DNA of 64,000 bases from an uncultured bacterium (GTDB lineage: Bacteria > Acidobacteriota > Aminicenantia > UBA2199). Shown piece by piece: positions 45,729 through 56,221 of the stretch. A program made the translations under genes and the position numbers. Position 1 is the first letter of the stretch. Every line of letters starts with the position of its first letter. The notes beneath the pieces were generated by a model that saw only the letters and a program-made list of their open reading frames with translations, ran no database searches and was not told the DNA's origin. The stretch spans positions 21,935 to 85,934 of the forward strand of contig CBFDCR010000012.1 of assembly GCA_965603365.1 (NCBI GenBank). Reading direction: 5' to 3'.

Positions 45729-45785
45729 TCATATTGCCTTATCATGATCCCAATCGAAATCGTAATTGAATACTCTTTCAGCCAT
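45729..45785 (-). pseudogene. 18-codon remnant of a BrnT-like toxin gene
   Basis: Own translation MAERVFNYDFDWDHDKAI* matches the F-x-WD-x2-KA start of BrnT toxins, then stops. Confidence 0.45.
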
Positions 45786-45893
45786 TTTTCATATCCGCAA
45801 AATCAAGCACGCCTGAATATAGCATTTTCGTATTTATCACCTTATTATATATGATACACAAATTTTGCAATTGGTCAATATGGGACTCTCTTT

Positions 45894-46060
45894 TTGCCTG
45901 TCCCGTAAACTCTTGTTCATACAAAAATTAAACTCACCCCTTGATCCCCTCTCTTAAAAAGAGAGGGGAAATAAACTCCCCTTCTCTTTATAAGAGAAGG
46001 GGTTGGGGGATGAGTTAAGGAAGTTCGCTATTTTCATAGGAGCAAAAAAGGGACAGGCAA
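45894..46060. mobile_element. MITE-like double-hairpin element, copy A (TIR TTGCCTGTCCC / GGGACAGGCAA)
   Basis: Two perfect hairpins (CCCCTCTC-7 nt-GAGAGGGG at 45946-45968; CCCCTTCTCTT-tat-AAGAGAAGGGG at 45978-46002) between 11-bp terminal inverted repeats. The 92-nt core (45925-46016) equals the reverse complement of 50377-50468 except at 3 positions. Confidence 0.7.
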
Positions 46061-46061
46061 G

Positions 46062-46724
46062 AATATCATCCATAACCTGGATGATATTACATTGGACCGG
46101 AGATATGCCGCCATGTTGGGATATACCCAGGACGAACTGCACCGCTATTTTGATGACAGGATGGAGGCCTTCTGCAAACTAAAGGATTTTAAAAAAGAAG
46201 AACTGCAGGATGACATAAAATATTGGTACAATGGGTACTCCTGGGATGGCCAAAACTATGTATACAACCCCTTTTCGCTGCTGAAGTTTTTCCATAAAAG
46301 TCAATTTAGCAACTACTGGTTTGAGAGTGCCACCCCCTCTTTTTTAGTTAAACTCATCAAGGAAAAAGAGTACAGGGTACAGGATGTGGCCCAACTGGAG
46401 AACTATAAAGCCGGGGAATCGGTGTTTGAATCCTTTGAGATCGAAAAGATGAATGTGACGTCGCTGCTGTTTCAAACCGGTTATCTGACCATCCGGGAGA
46501 TCGAACCCATCGATCGCAATCGCAATAGAAGGCTTTATGTATTGTCCTACCCCAATATAGAAGTCAAAGAATCCTTTATGGAACACCTCCTGGCCGAGTT
46601 CTCCGAAAAATTCGCCGATAAAGTGAGTGTGATCATTTACGAGTTAAGGTGGAGCAAAAAGGGGCCAGGCAAATATCCCCCATTATTGAAAAAGAGAGTA
46701 GAATCTGATAATATAAGGCCGTGA
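46062..46724 (+). pseudogene. internal fragment of an AAA-ATPase-like/PD-(D/E)XK (PF09820-type) gene, truncated at both ends
   Basis: NIIHNLDDITLDRRYAAMLGYTQDEL...YNGYSWDG...YNPFSLLKFF...YWFESATPSFL... matches the middle of this family. There is no Walker A region and no C-terminal nuclease domain. Begins at the edge of MITE copy A. Confidence 0.6.
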
Positions 46725-46730
46725 TGTAAA

Positions 46731-47117
46731 ATGATTGACGTAAACAAACAGATTGAATATTGGACAGCAGGCGCGGAAGCTGATATTGATACAGCCGGAA
46801 TTTTAATAAAAAAGAGGAAATATCTTCATGGCCTTTTCTTTTGCCATTTAGCGATTGAAAAAATTATTAAAGCGAATGTGGCCAAAGGCACTCATCAGAC
46901 CCCACCCAAATCCCACAATTTATTTCGACTTTTAGAAGATGCCGGTATAGATATGGAGGATGAAAACATAGAGTTTCTTGGAATTTTGATGAAATATCAG
47001 TTGGAAGGAAGGTATCCGGATTATAGCCCCCAGGTTCCTGATAAGAAGACGGTAAGGGGATATTTTAGTAAAACCAGGGAGATGTTGATATGGCTAAAAA
47101 GGAAATTGTACGATTGA
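46731..47117 (+). CDS. HEPN-domain protein (toxin-type partner of a minimal nucleotidyltransferase)
   Basis: 128 aa, helical, with the EGRYPDY motif. Overlaps the following nucleotidyltransferase gene by 28 nt. Confidence 0.7.
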   Translation: MIDVNKQIEYWTAGAEADIDTAGILIKKRKYLHGLFFCHLAIEKIIKANVAKGTHQTPPKSHNLFRLLEDAGIDMEDENIEFLGILMKYQLEGRYPDYSPQVPDKKTVRGYFSKTREMLIWLKRKLYD

Positions 47118-47410
47118 TCCAGGAGTTGTTGAAACGTCTTTTCCAGGAAGGGATCTCTGTAGAGAAGGCTTTTTTATACGGCAGTCATGCCAGGGGAGAA
47201 GAGAATGAGGAGAGCGATATCGATATATTGCTGGTGTCTGCACTTTTTGATCAAAATGATGATCAGGTGGTGGGCAGGGCCTGGCGAATCAGTCGGTCCA
47301 TAGATCCCAGGCTTGAGCCCTATACCATGGGCAAAGAGAAATTTTCCAACGATCATATTTCGCCACTTATACAGATCGTAAAGAAAGAGGGCGTAGAGAT
47401 CCGGCTGTAG
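47090..47410 (+). CDS. minimal nucleotidyltransferase (MNT) domain protein
   Basis: YGSHARGEENEESDIDILLV (GSx10-11 DxD motif). 106 aa. Confidence 0.8.
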   Translation: MAKKEIVRLIQELLKRLFQEGISVEKAFLYGSHARGEENEESDIDILLVSALFDQNDDQVVGRAWRISRSIDPRLEPYTMGKEKFSNDHISPLIQIVKKEGVEIRL

Positions 47411-47458
47411 TTCCACCGATTTTCGAATTTGGCCCACCTGAGTTCCCAAATTTTCCAC

Positions 47459-47505
47459 CATAACCAATAAAATCTTGAAGGATTCATTTTGCTTTTTGCA
47501 TTGAA
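47459..47505. repeat. partial copy R4 (right half) of the palindromic heptamer-repeat element
   Basis: AACCAATAAAATCTTGAAGGATTCATTTTGCTTTTTGCATTG aligns with the inner unit of R2. Confidence 0.5.
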
Positions 47506-47569
47506 TAGCCCTCTACAGGCTTGACTTTTGGTGCTGGTTTTTAATAGAATGGGTTTTCAGGGGAAAAAT

Positions 47570-50317
47570 ATGAGTGTAATAGATTGGGCAGTGATTATGG
47601 GTTCCGGCGCCGCGGTGTTGAGTTGTCTTTTATTTCTTTACCAACTCTTGCGGCGTAAGAAAATCAAAAGAGATGAACTGGTCGCTCAGCGGGAAGCCAT
47701 ACACCTGTATAAGGAGAAGATGCTCAAGAAGGGCGCGCCCGTGTTGATGAAGGATTACCGGGAGGCACTGGCCAAAGAGTTGGGCACCGTCAACCTGTTT
47801 GGCCTGCGGCATTTCGATAATATCCCGGTGAAGCTGGATGAGGTGTTTGTACCCCTGCGCATTTCCGAAGCCTGGCGCAGCGAGTGGCGCTTCGATCCCC
47901 GCAAGCGTAAAAACAGGCAAGAGCTGGCCAGGTTTGAGTCCGGCGAGCGATCCTTTGCCCCGGCAGAGGTGATGCGCCGGGCCTTTAAAAAAGCCCCACT
48001 CTTACTGATCATCGGCGACCCCGGCTCCGGTAAGACCACCTTGTTGAAATACTATGCCATATCCTGCCTGGAAAACCGGCACAAACAACTGGGACTGCCT
48101 AAACATGTACTGCCCATCTTTCTTCCCCTGCGGGAACTGCAATTTGAAGGATCCCGTCCCATCCTGCTGTGGGAAAACCTGGCCCGGCGGCCAAAGACCG
48201 CTCTTTTAAATATTACCGCACGGGACTTTCGATACTGGATCCGGAACCGGCCCAGCCTGATCCTGCTGGACGGCCTGGATGAGATCAGCGACCTGGAGCG
48301 CCGCTGGGCCGCGTGTGAGTGGATCAAGCACCTCAGCGAGACCCTGCCAGAGGCCCGGTTCGTGGTCACGGCCCGGGGAACCGGCGTGCGCAAGGAAGAT
48401 CTGGTGGAACTGGAGTGCCGCCACTTGCGGGCGGATATCCTGGATTTTTCGCCGGAGCAGCAGGGGATATTTTTGAAGAGCTGGTTCCGCTCCGCGTTCC
48501 TGGAAGAACTGCCGGAAGAGGGGATAACGGAGCGGGCCTGGCAGGCGCAGCAGACCGGGGAGGCCGAGGCAAAGGCAAGAGAGATCATCGATTTTTTAAA
48601 TAAAAAGGAGAACCGGGGCATCCGCCAGTTGGCGGGCATACCCATGCTGCTGCAAATCATGGCAATTGTGTGGAAGGACCGGGAGTACCTGCCGGGCAGC
48701 CGCTTTGAACTGTATGATACTGCCCTGGATTACCTGCTGGATTACCGGGACCGCCGGCGGAAAATCAAGCCGCCGCTGCCGGTGGAAAGCAGCCGGCGGG
48801 TGCTGGAACCCACGGCCCTATGGATGCAGCTTGAAGAGCGAGATGAGGCCGAAAAGAGTGAATTCCATGAAAAAGCGGCGCCCATTTTAGAGACCATGAA
48901 AGAGCAGTTGTCGGCGGAGAAGTTTTGTGTCTATCTGCGGGACCGGGCCGGTCTGATCGCCGATTACGGGGAAGATCACTATATATTCCGCCACAAGTCT
49001 TTCCGGGAGTTCCTGACCGGCGCGCAGTTGCTCAAGGAGGGCCACCAGGAGGAGTGGCTGAAGACCCTGGTGGAGAATTTTAAACAGCCCTGGTGGGAAG
49101 AGGTGCTGCGTTTTTTCATGAGCAGTGCCGACGATAAAATCTTTGACCGCTTCATGCGCCTCTTCTTCCGCTCAGAGGTGAGCCGGTCCCTCACTGCCAA
49201 CCAGCAGATACTGCTTGAGAACCTGGTGCGGGAATCCCCCCAGTGGAAGGTGGATGGCCTGATCGACAGCCTGGAGGATACCGGTCTGAACCACAACCAG
49301 ATCCGCTGTGCACTGGATTGCCTGAAAACAATCGGTATCCCCCGGGCGATAGACGGCATCAAAGAAGCCGACAAAAGCAGTTGGAGCCAGGCCAACCGCA
49401 GCCATGCCGACGACATCGTGGCCGAAGCCACGGGTACACCGGCAAAACCGGCGATAGTAGATGAGGCGGCGCCCCCCTCTTTCCGCAACCCCTTCGAGGA
49501 CAACGTGGAGTACATCCTGATCCCCGGCAACACCTACACCTATTCGGTGTCGAAAAAAGAGGTCACTGTGCCGGACAGCTACTTCTGCAAATACCCGGTC
49601 ACCAACAAACGCTACCGCCGCTTCATGGCTTACCTCTCCAAAGAGGAAAAGGAACTGACCGGTGTGCTTCCCCTTGACCTGTTTGCTCCCAAACTGCGGA
49701 CATTTGCAGGCTCCATACAAGGGTTTCTGGAAAAGTCGGGCAAGCAGCCGGAAAAGTGGTTGAAGGCATTCCGTTCCCGGGCCGATGATGATCGACATTT
49801 TAACGGTCCCGACCAGCCGGTGGTAAGGATTAACTGGTATGCGGCCCGGGCCTACTGCTTCTGGCTTTCATGCATGGAAGCGGCCCAACAGGGAGATTTT
49901 AAGAACCGGGATGTCGATGCGGTTGCGTCTATTTACCGGCTGCCCCGTGAATGGGAGTGGGAGTGGGCCGCGGCCGGTCGCGAACCGGACGGCTCTTTAA
50001 GGGAGTACCCCTGGCCCAAAAACAAGGGAGAACCCACCCCGGAACTGGCCAATTACGGTAGAAATGTGATTACCACCACACCGGTGGGCCGCTACCCCGA
50101 TGGGGCCACGTCCGAGGGCTTAATGGACATGGCCGGCAATGTCTGGGAGTGGATGGAGAATTTAGATAAAGAATATGGGATTCCGGCGTTGCGCGGCGGC
50201 TCGTGGATCAACGGTAAGGTCAACCTCCGTTGTTCCGCCCGCAGCAACGCCAGCCTCATCACCCCTCGTGCCAAGTTCTACGGCATCGGTTTTCGTGTTG
50301 TGCGGTGCCAGTTTTAG
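47570..50317 (+). CDS. membrane-anchored NACHT (STAND) NTPase fused to a C-terminal FGE-sulfatase (SUMF1-like) domain
   Basis: N-terminal TM IMGSGAAVLSCLLFLYQLL, Walker A GDPGSGKTTLLKY, Walker B LILLDGLDE. C-terminus has PVVRINWYAARAYCFWLS, YRLPREWEWEWAA, MAGNVWEWM, RGGSW and GFRVVR. ATG 47570 follows AGGGGA; the track starts at TTG 47528. Confidence 0.8.
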   Translation: MSVIDWAVIMGSGAAVLSCLLFLYQLLRRKKIKRDELVAQREAIHLYKEKMLKKGAPVLMKDYREALAKELGTVNLFGLRHFDNIPVKLDEVFVPLRISEAWRSEWRFDPRKRKNRQELARFESGERSFAPAEVMRRAFKKAPLLLIIGDPGSGKTTLLKYYAISCLENRHKQLGLPKHVLPIFLPLRELQFEGSRPILLWENLARRPKTALLNITARDFRYWIRNRPSLILLDGLDEISDLERRWAACEWIKHLSETLPEARFVVTARGTGVRKEDLVELECRHLRADILDFSPEQQGIFLKSWFRSAFLEELPEEGITERAWQAQQTGEAEAKAREIIDFLNKKENRGIRQLAGIPMLLQIMAIVWKDREYLPGSRFELYDTALDYLLDYRDRRRKIKPPLPVESSRRVLEPTALWMQLEERDEAEKSEFHEKAAPILETMKEQLSAEKFCVYLRDRAGLIADYGEDHYIFRHKSFREFLTGAQLLKEGHQEEWLKTLVENFKQPWWEEVLRFFMSSADDKIFDRFMRLFFRSEVSRSLTANQQILLENLVRESPQWKVDGLIDSLEDTGLNHNQIRCALDCLKTIGIPRAIDGIKEADKSSWSQANRSHADDIVAEATGTPAKPAIVDEAAPPSFRNPFEDNVEYILIPGNTYTYSVSKKEVTVPDSYFCKYPVTNKRYRRFMAYLSKEEKELTGVLPLDLFAPKLRTFAGSIQGFLEKSGKQPEKWLKAFRSRADDDRHFNGPDQPVVRINWYAARAYCFWLSCMEAAQQGDFKNRDVDAVASIYRLPREWEWEWAAAGREPDGSLREYPWPKNKGEPTPELANYGRNVITTTPVGRYPDGATSEGLMDMAGNVWEWMENLDKEYGIPALRGGSWINGKVNLRCSARSNASLITPRAKFYGIGFRVVRCQF

Positions 50318-50337
50318 GGTCTCTGTTGGTACTCTGA

Positions 50338-50493
50338 TGCTCTGTCCATCTGAAACTCTGGTCCCGCGGCAGGTGCAACTCATCCCCCAACCCCTTCTCT
50401 TAGAAAGAGAAGGGGAGTGTATTTCCCCTCTCTTCTTAAGAGAGGGGATCAAGGGGTGAGTTTAATTTTTAAGGGAAACAAAACGGGACAGTC
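50338..50493. mobile_element. MITE-like double-hairpin element, copy B (inverted relative to copy A)
   Basis: The core 50377-50468 is the reverse complement of 45925-46016 (3 differences, located in hairpin loops or the linker). Degenerate end TGCTCTGTCC at 50338 and GGGACAG at 50485. Confidence 0.65.
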
Positions 50494-50513
50494 CAATTTC
50501 TCTACCACTATTT

Positions 50514-50618
50514 TCATTTTATTATAGAAGCTAAATACCGGGTTTTATCGACATAATAATAGTGTCCTGTCACAAATTTTTCATAGTCTGTCAGGCCATA
50601 AGGGATTTTTTTGATCAT
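50514..50618 (-). pseudogene. N-terminal fragment (34 codons) of an AAA-ATPase-like (PF09820-type) gene
   Basis: Own translation MIKKIPYGLTDYEKFVTGHYYYVDKTRYLASIIK* matches the family N-terminus (...Y[FY]VDKT.[YF]I). Lies 21 nt from MITE copy B. Confidence 0.55.
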
Positions 50619-50819
50619 CTTATCACGTATCTCCGCTAAGATTATATCCAATCTCCACCGCTATTGCAAACCCCGGCTAAAGATTTTGGGCGGGGGGTGA
50701 AAAATGTGGAAAAAATGGCCTGCTTCTATTGAAATACCGCTTTATTTCGTTTAAAATTCCTTTTTGGAGCCTCGTCGACTCAGAGGAATTTATTATTAAC
50801 GATGAAATAAGGAGGAATC

Positions 50820-51959
50820 GTGGATTATTTATTGACCGAAGAGCAAATGATGTTGCGGGACATGGTTGCCAAATTTGCCAAAAATGAGATCGGCCCCTGT
50901 GCCCGGGAAAACCAGGAGAAGGGAGAATTCCCGGCGGAGATTGTGAAAAAGGCCGGTGAACTGGGTTTGATGGGCGTGGCCTATCCGCCGGAGTACGGCG
51001 GGGCCGGCATGGATTATGTGTCGTATATGATCGCTATCGAGGAAATTTCCCGGTATTGTGCCTCCACCGGCGTGATCGTCTCGGCCCACTCTTCGCTGTC
51101 GGTGGACCCCATCTTCCGCTTTGGTACCGAGGAACAAAAGAAGAAATATTTGCCGGACATGTGTGCCGGTAAGAAGATCGGCTGCCTGGCCCTGACCGAG
51201 CCGGGGGCCGGTTCCGACGCCGGTGCTACCAAAACAACGGCTAAGCTTGAAGGTGATCATTGGGTGCTGAACGGCACCAAACAGTTTACCACCAACGGCA
51301 ACGAAGCGGAAGTGGCGGTCATTATCGCCTCCACCGATCCGGCCCAGAAGGCCCGCGGCATCAGTGCCTTTATCGTGGAAAAGGGAACACCCGGTTTCCG
51401 GGTGGGCAAGCTGGAACACAAACTGGGGATCAAAGCTACCTCCACGGCGGAATTTATCTTAGAGGAGTGCAAAATCCCCCAAGGGAACCTGCTGGGTGAG
51501 TTGAACAAAGGATTCAAGATCTCCATGATTACGTTGGACGGCGGCCGGTTGGGAATCGCCTCTCAGGCCCTGGGTATTGCCCGGGCCTCCATAGAGGATT
51601 CCATTCAATACGCCAAGGAACGGGAGCAGTTTGATCAGCCCATTGCCAGTTTCCAGGCCATCCAGTGGATGATTGCCGATATGTGGACCGAGTATGAGGC
51701 GGCCTGGCTGTTGACCTACCGGGCCTCTTTGATGAAGGATAAAGGTTTGCCCTATTCCAGGGAGGCGGCCATGGCCAAGCTCAAGGCCTCCGAAGTGGCC
51801 TCCTTTTGCGCCAACAAGGCGATTCAGATCCACGGCGGTTACGGCTACATCAAGGAATTTGATGTGGAGCGATACTTGCGGGATGCCAAAATCACCGAGA
51901 TTTACGAGGGCACCAGTGAAATCATGAGGCTGGTGATATCGGCGAGTCTGTTGAAATGA
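50820..51959 (+). CDS. acyl-CoA dehydrogenase (short/branched-chain type)
   Basis: GTG start behind AAGGAGG. LTEPGAGSD, QIHGGYGY, and IYEGTSEI near the C-terminus. Confidence 0.9.
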   Translation: MDYLLTEEQMMLRDMVAKFAKNEIGPCARENQEKGEFPAEIVKKAGELGLMGVAYPPEYGGAGMDYVSYMIAIEEISRYCASTGVIVSAHSSLSVDPIFRFGTEEQKKKYLPDMCAGKKIGCLALTEPGAGSDAGATKTTAKLEGDHWVLNGTKQFTTNGNEAEVAVIIASTDPAQKARGISAFIVEKGTPGFRVGKLEHKLGIKATSTAEFILEECKIPQGNLLGELNKGFKISMITLDGGRLGIASQALGIARASIEDSIQYAKEREQFDQPIASFQAIQWMIADMWTEYEAAWLLTYRASLMKDKGLPYSREAAMAKLKASEVASFCANKAIQIHGGYGYIKEFDVERYLRDAKITEIYEGTSEIMRLVISASLLK

Positions 51960-51987
51960 CCGGGTTACCGCGAGGGGAAAAGGGGTC

Positions 51988-52731
51988 ATGACAGAAGATA
52001 AAAGAAGCGCCGAAGATCTCAGCCAGGAAGAACTGGTGCGCTTGCTGATGGATTTTTTTCACCGCACCGCCATGCACCATGCCATGTGGTATGCCGAAGT
52101 GCAGCACCAACTGGGACGGCAAAAGGCCCAGGATATTCTGAAGTCGGTGGTGGAGAAGGGATTCGACATCCAACTAAAGAGGTTGGCCAAAACCATCGGT
52201 TTCGAGATGAAGGATGGTCTGCCGGTGCCGCTGTTGAATCTACCCGAAGATAAATTGAAGGAATTGACCGAAACCGCGGCCGTCAACTGGTTGGCCAACG
52301 ACGGTGTCTGGTTTCAGGCGGTGGAGTTCTCACGGAATATGGGCGATGCCAAGCGGAGCAACGATTCCTGCTGGGCCCAATTTTCTCCCTTCGAGGCCTG
52401 GTCCATCAAGCGGTTTTTGGACCTGCCGGATCAGCCGGGTCTGGAAGGTTTAAAAAGGGCTTTACAGTTTCGTTTATATGCCTTTATCAACAAGCAGTCC
52501 ATCGCGGCTGAGACGGCCGAAGGCTTCACCTTCATGATGAATGAGTGCCGGGTACAGGCGGCCAGGAAGCGAAAAGGTCTGGATGATTATCCCTGCAAAT
52601 CGGCGGGGCTGGTGGAATACCCGATGTTTGCCGAAGCCATCGATTCCCGCATCAGAACCGAATGTATCGGCTGCCCGCCGGATGAGCATCCGGACGAATG
52701 GTACTGTGCCTGGCGGTTCACCATGAAATAA
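51988..52731 (+). CDS. conserved hypothetical protein (DUF6125 / ATC-hydrolase-like), Cys-rich C-terminus
   Basis: 247 aa with C-terminal CRVQ...CKS...CIGC...CAWRF. The family assignment is from memory only. Confidence 0.4.
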   Translation: MTEDKRSAEDLSQEELVRLLMDFFHRTAMHHAMWYAEVQHQLGRQKAQDILKSVVEKGFDIQLKRLAKTIGFEMKDGLPVPLLNLPEDKLKELTETAAVNWLANDGVWFQAVEFSRNMGDAKRSNDSCWAQFSPFEAWSIKRFLDLPDQPGLEGLKRALQFRLYAFINKQSIAAETAEGFTFMMNECRVQAARKRKGLDDYPCKSAGLVEYPMFAEAIDSRIRTECIGCPPDEHPDEWYCAWRFTMK

Positions 52732-52747
52732 TGGAATAGAGGAGAAT

Positions 52748-55700
52748 ATGACGGCAAAAACAGCAGACGTAGACGTTTATCAGGCAAAAAATAAGATTCG
52801 GGTGGTGACCGCCACCTCGTTGTTTGACGGCCACGATGCCTCCATTAATATCATGCGCCGTATTATCCAGGCTTCCGGCTGCGAGGTGATCCACCTGGGG
52901 CACAACCGTTCGGTAAAAGAGGTGGTGAACTGTGCCATCCAGGAGGATACCCAGGCTGTGGCGGTGACCTCCTACCAGGGCGGCCATGTGGAATATTTAA
53001 AGTACATGTATGACCTGCTCAAGCAGGCCGGCGCGGATCACATCAAAATCTTTGCCGGCGGCGGCGGGGTGATCCTGCCGGCTGAGATCAAGGAGCTTCA
53101 GGAATACGGCATCACCCGGATTTACTCCCCCGATGACGGCCGGGCCATGGGGCTGCAGGGCATGATCAACGATATGCTATCCAGATGTGATGTTCCCACC
53201 GGTGCCCATTTAGACGGTGCGTTTGAAAATCTGAGAAACAGGGATTATAAAGCCATTGCCCGCCTGATATCGGCGGCCGAAAATTTTCCCGATAAGTCCA
53301 GAGGGGTGATGCGGCAGCTCGAGGAGATTGTCCGGGAAAAAACGGTGCCGGTGTTAGGCGTTACCGGCACTGGCGGTTCGGGAAAGTCTTCGCTGCTGGA
53401 TGAAGTGATCAACCGTTTCCTGAAGGATTTTAAAGAAAAGAGTGTGGCTGTTATTTCGGTGGATCCATCCAGGAGAAAGTCCGGTGGGGCATTAATGGGA
53501 GACCGCATCCGCATGAATGCCATTCACGACGGCCGGGTGTATATGCGCTCCCTGGCCACCCGGCAGTCTAATCTGGCTCTGTCGAAGTATGTGCGGGAGG
53601 CCGTCGATATTCTAAAAGCCGCCGGATTTGATCTGGTTCTGCTGGAGACCTCAGGGATAGGCCAGTCGGACACCGAGATTATCGATCATTCCGATGTGTG
53701 CCTCTATGTCATGACACCGGAGTACGGTGCCGCCACCCAACTGGAAAAGATCGACATGCTGGATTTTGCCGATCTGATCGCCATCAACAAGTTTGATAAA
53801 ATCGGCGCCCAGGATGCGCTGCGGGATGTGCGAAAACAGTATCAGCGCAATCATCAACTCTGGGATACCCCGGTTGAGGATCTGCCGGTTTTCGGCACCA
53901 TCGCCTCTCACTTCAACGATCCCGGAGTGAACTTACTGTATAGAGCCATTCTCAATCGGATTGTGGAAAAGACCGGCGCAGATTTAAAATCCACTTACCG
54001 GATCACTGCGGAGATGAGCCAGAAAGTATTCATCATTCCTCCCCATCGAACCCGCTACCTGTCGGAGATCACCGAGAGTATTCGCCGTTACGATCAATGG
54101 GTGGAGGACCAGCGGGAAGTGGCGCAGCAGTTGTATGGTATCAAACAATCCTTAGGGGCCCTTGACAGGGCCGAAACTCCGGCTCGAGGTGAATTGAAGA
54201 AACAGTTGTCAGAGCTTTATCAGGAATATGAAACCCAACTGGATGAGCAGAACAGGAAAGTCCTGGAAAACTGGGATCAAAAAGTCCAATCCTATAAAAA
54301 GGATTTTTATACTTTCAAAGTCCGGGATAAGGAGATCAAAATCGCCACCCACAGCGAAACCCTGTCCCACACCCATTTTCCCAGGATCAGTCTACCGAGA
54401 TACAAAGCCTGGGGAGATATCTTGAGGTGGAATTTGCAGGAAAATGTACCGGGGGAATTCCCCTTTACCGCCGGCGTGTTTCCCTTTAAACGGGAGGGCG
54501 AAGACCCCACCCGCATGTTTGCCGGTGAGGGCGGACCCGAACGTACCAACAGACGGTTTCATTATCTGGCCTTTGATCAACCGGCCAAGCGGCTGTCCAC
54601 CGCCTTTGATGCGGTCACCCTGTACGGCGAAGATCCGGATCTTCGCCCCGATATCTATGGTAAGATCGGCAATTCCGGTGTCTCTATCTGCTGCCTGGAC
54701 GATGCCAAGAAGCTCTATTCCGGTTTTCGGCTGGCGGATCCCAGGACCTCGGTCTCCATGACCATCAACGGCCCGGGCCCCATCATGACCGGTTTCTTCA
54801 TGAACACCGCGGTAGACCAGGAGTGTGAGATCTACATCAAAGAGCATGGACTGGTGGACCGGGTCAACCAAAAAATCGACCGGATATATAAAGAAAAGGG
54901 AGTGCGGCCCCGTTATCAGGGTGAGCTGCCCCGGGGCAGCGATGGCCTGGGTTTGATGCTCCTGGGAGTGACAGGTGACCAGGTACTGCCCCGGGATATT
55001 TACGAGAACATAAAGGCAGAGACCCTGTGCCGGGTGCGGGGCACGGTCCAGGCGGATATCTTGAAAGAAGACCAGGCCCAGAATACCTGCATCTTCTCCA
55101 CCGAATTTGCCTTGAAGATGATGGGGGATGTGCAGGAGTACTTTACCCGGCACAATGTGCGCAACTTTTACTCGGTCTCCATTTCCGGTTACCACATCGC
55201 CGAGGCCGGTGCCAATCCCATTACCCAGTTGGCCCTGACCCTGGCCAACGGCTTTACCTACGTGGAATATTATCTAGCCCGGGGCCTGGACATCGATCAG
55301 TTTGCCCCCAACCTCTCCTTTTTCTTTTCCAACGGCATCGAACCGGAGTATGCGGTCATCGGCCGGGTGGCCCGGCGCATATGGGCCAAGGCCATGAAGT
55401 TTAAATACAAGGGCAATGACCGTTCCCAGAAGTTGAAATATCACATCCAGACCTCCGGCCGGTCGCTCCACTCCCAGGAGATCAATTTTAACGACATCCG
55501 CACCACCCTCCAGGCCCTGTACGCCATCTACGACAACTGCAACTCCCTGCACACCAACTCCTACGACGAGGCCATCACCACCCCCACCGAGGAGTCGGTG
55601 CGGCGGGCCATGGCCATCCAGTTGATCATCAACCGGGAACTGGGGCTGGCCAAAAACCAGAATCCGCTGCAGGGATCTTTCATCATCGAAGAGTTGACCG

Positions 55701-56137
55701 ACCTGGTGGAGGAGGCGGTGTTGCTGGAGTTTGACCGCATCTCCGAGCGGGGCGGCGTACTGGGGGCCATGGAGACCAATTACCAGCGGGGCAAGATACA
55801 GGAGGAATCCCTCTATTACGAACAGTTGAAGCAGACGGGCGAGTATCCCATCATCGGCGTCAACACCTGGCTCTCTTCCGAGGGATCCCCTACGGTCATC
55901 CCCGGCGAGGTGATCCGGGCCAGCCAAGAGGAGATGCAATTTCAACTGCAGACCGTGGAGAGCCTGCACCAACGAAATGAGGCTACCGGCCCCCAACTGC
56001 TGGAAGAGCTGCAGCAGGTGGCCGTCAATAACGAAAATATCTTTGAAAAACTGGTGGAGGTCACTAAATACTGCTCCATCGGCCAGATCACCGGCGCCCT
56101 CTACAAAGTAGGCGGCCGCTACCGCCGCAATATGTAG
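52748..56137 (+). CDS. icmF: fused isobutyryl-CoA mutase (B12-binding domain, MeaB-like G protein, mutase catalytic domain)
   Basis: N-terminal [10 protein letters not shown] (DxHxxG B12 motif), central [14 protein letters not shown]-loop and NKFD, and a C-terminal methylmalonyl-CoA-mutase-like TIM barrel. 1129 aa. Confidence 0.9.
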   Translation: MTAKTADVDVYQAKNKIRVVTATSLFDGHDASINIMRRIIQASGCEVIHLGHNRSVKEVVNCAIQEDTQAVAVTSYQGGHVEYLKYMYDLLKQAGADHIKIFAGGGGVILPAEIKELQEYGITRIYSPDDGRAMGLQGMINDMLSRCDVPTGAHLDGAFENLRNRDYKAIARLISAAENFPDKSRGVMRQLEEIVREKTVPVLGVTGTGGSGKSSLLDEVINRFLKDFKEKSVAVISVDPSRRKSGGALMGDRIRMNAIHDGRVYMRSLATRQSNLALSKYVREAVDILKAAGFDLVLLETSGIGQSDTEIIDHSDVCLYVMTPEYGAATQLEKIDMLDFADLIAINKFDKIGAQDALRDVRKQYQRNHQLWDTPVEDLPVFGTIASHFNDPGVNLLYRAILNRIVEKTGADLKSTYRITAEMSQKVFIIPPHRTRYLSEITESIRRYDQWVEDQREVAQQLYGIKQSLGALDRAETPARGELKKQLSELYQEYETQLDEQNRKVLENWDQKVQSYKKDFYTFKVRDKEIKIATHSETLSHTHFPRISLPRYKAWGDILRWNLQENVPGEFPFTAGVFPFKREGEDPTRMFAGEGGPERTNRRFHYLAFDQPAKRLSTAFDAVTLYGEDPDLRPDIYGKIGNSGVSICCLDDAKKLYSGFRLADPRTSVSMTINGPGPIMTGFFMNTAVDQECEIYIKEHGLVDRVNQKIDRIYKEKGVRPRYQGELPRGSDGLGLMLLGVTGDQVLPRDIYENIKAETLCRVRGTVQADILKEDQAQNTCIFSTEFALKMMGDVQEYFTRHNVRNFYSVSISGYHIAEAGANPITQLALTLANGFTYVEYYLARGLDIDQFAPNLSFFFSNGIEPEYAVIGRVARRIWAKAMKFKYKGNDRSQKLKYHIQTSGRSLHSQEINFNDIRTTLQALYAIYDNCNSLHTNSYDEAITTPTEESVRRAMAIQLIINRELGLAKNQNPLQGSFIIEELTDLVEEAVLLEFDRISERGGVLGAMETNYQRGKIQEESLYYEQLKQTGEYPIIGVNTWLSSEGSPTVIPGEVIRASQEEMQFQLQTVESLHQRNEATGPQLLEELQQVAVNNENIFEKLVEVTKYCSIGQITGALYKVGGRYRRNM

Positions 56138-56192
56138 ATCCCCCCAGCAAGTAGATGGAAAAAAGGGGAAATGGGGCCCTTTTTTCGTGAAC

Positions 56193-56221
56193 TTGACAAA
56201 AGAGGAGCCGTCGGCGATAAT
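56193..56221 (+). promoter_or_regulatory. consensus promoter TTGACA-17 nt-GATAAT inside the 5' end of track ORF 56171
   Basis: TTGACA at 56193-56198 and GATAAT at 56216-56221. Argues that the RhuM-like CDS starts downstream. Confidence 0.45.

Noticed and set aside
47570-50317. Diversity-generating retroelement targeting the FGE-sulfatase C-terminus (and the DUF1566 C-terminus at 8700-9113)
   Set aside because: Both folds are classic DGR variable-protein scaffolds. However, I could find no reverse transcriptase ORF, no Avd-like gene, and no second (template) copy of either C-terminal coding segment in the intergenic regions of this window. A DGR located outside the window cannot be excluded.
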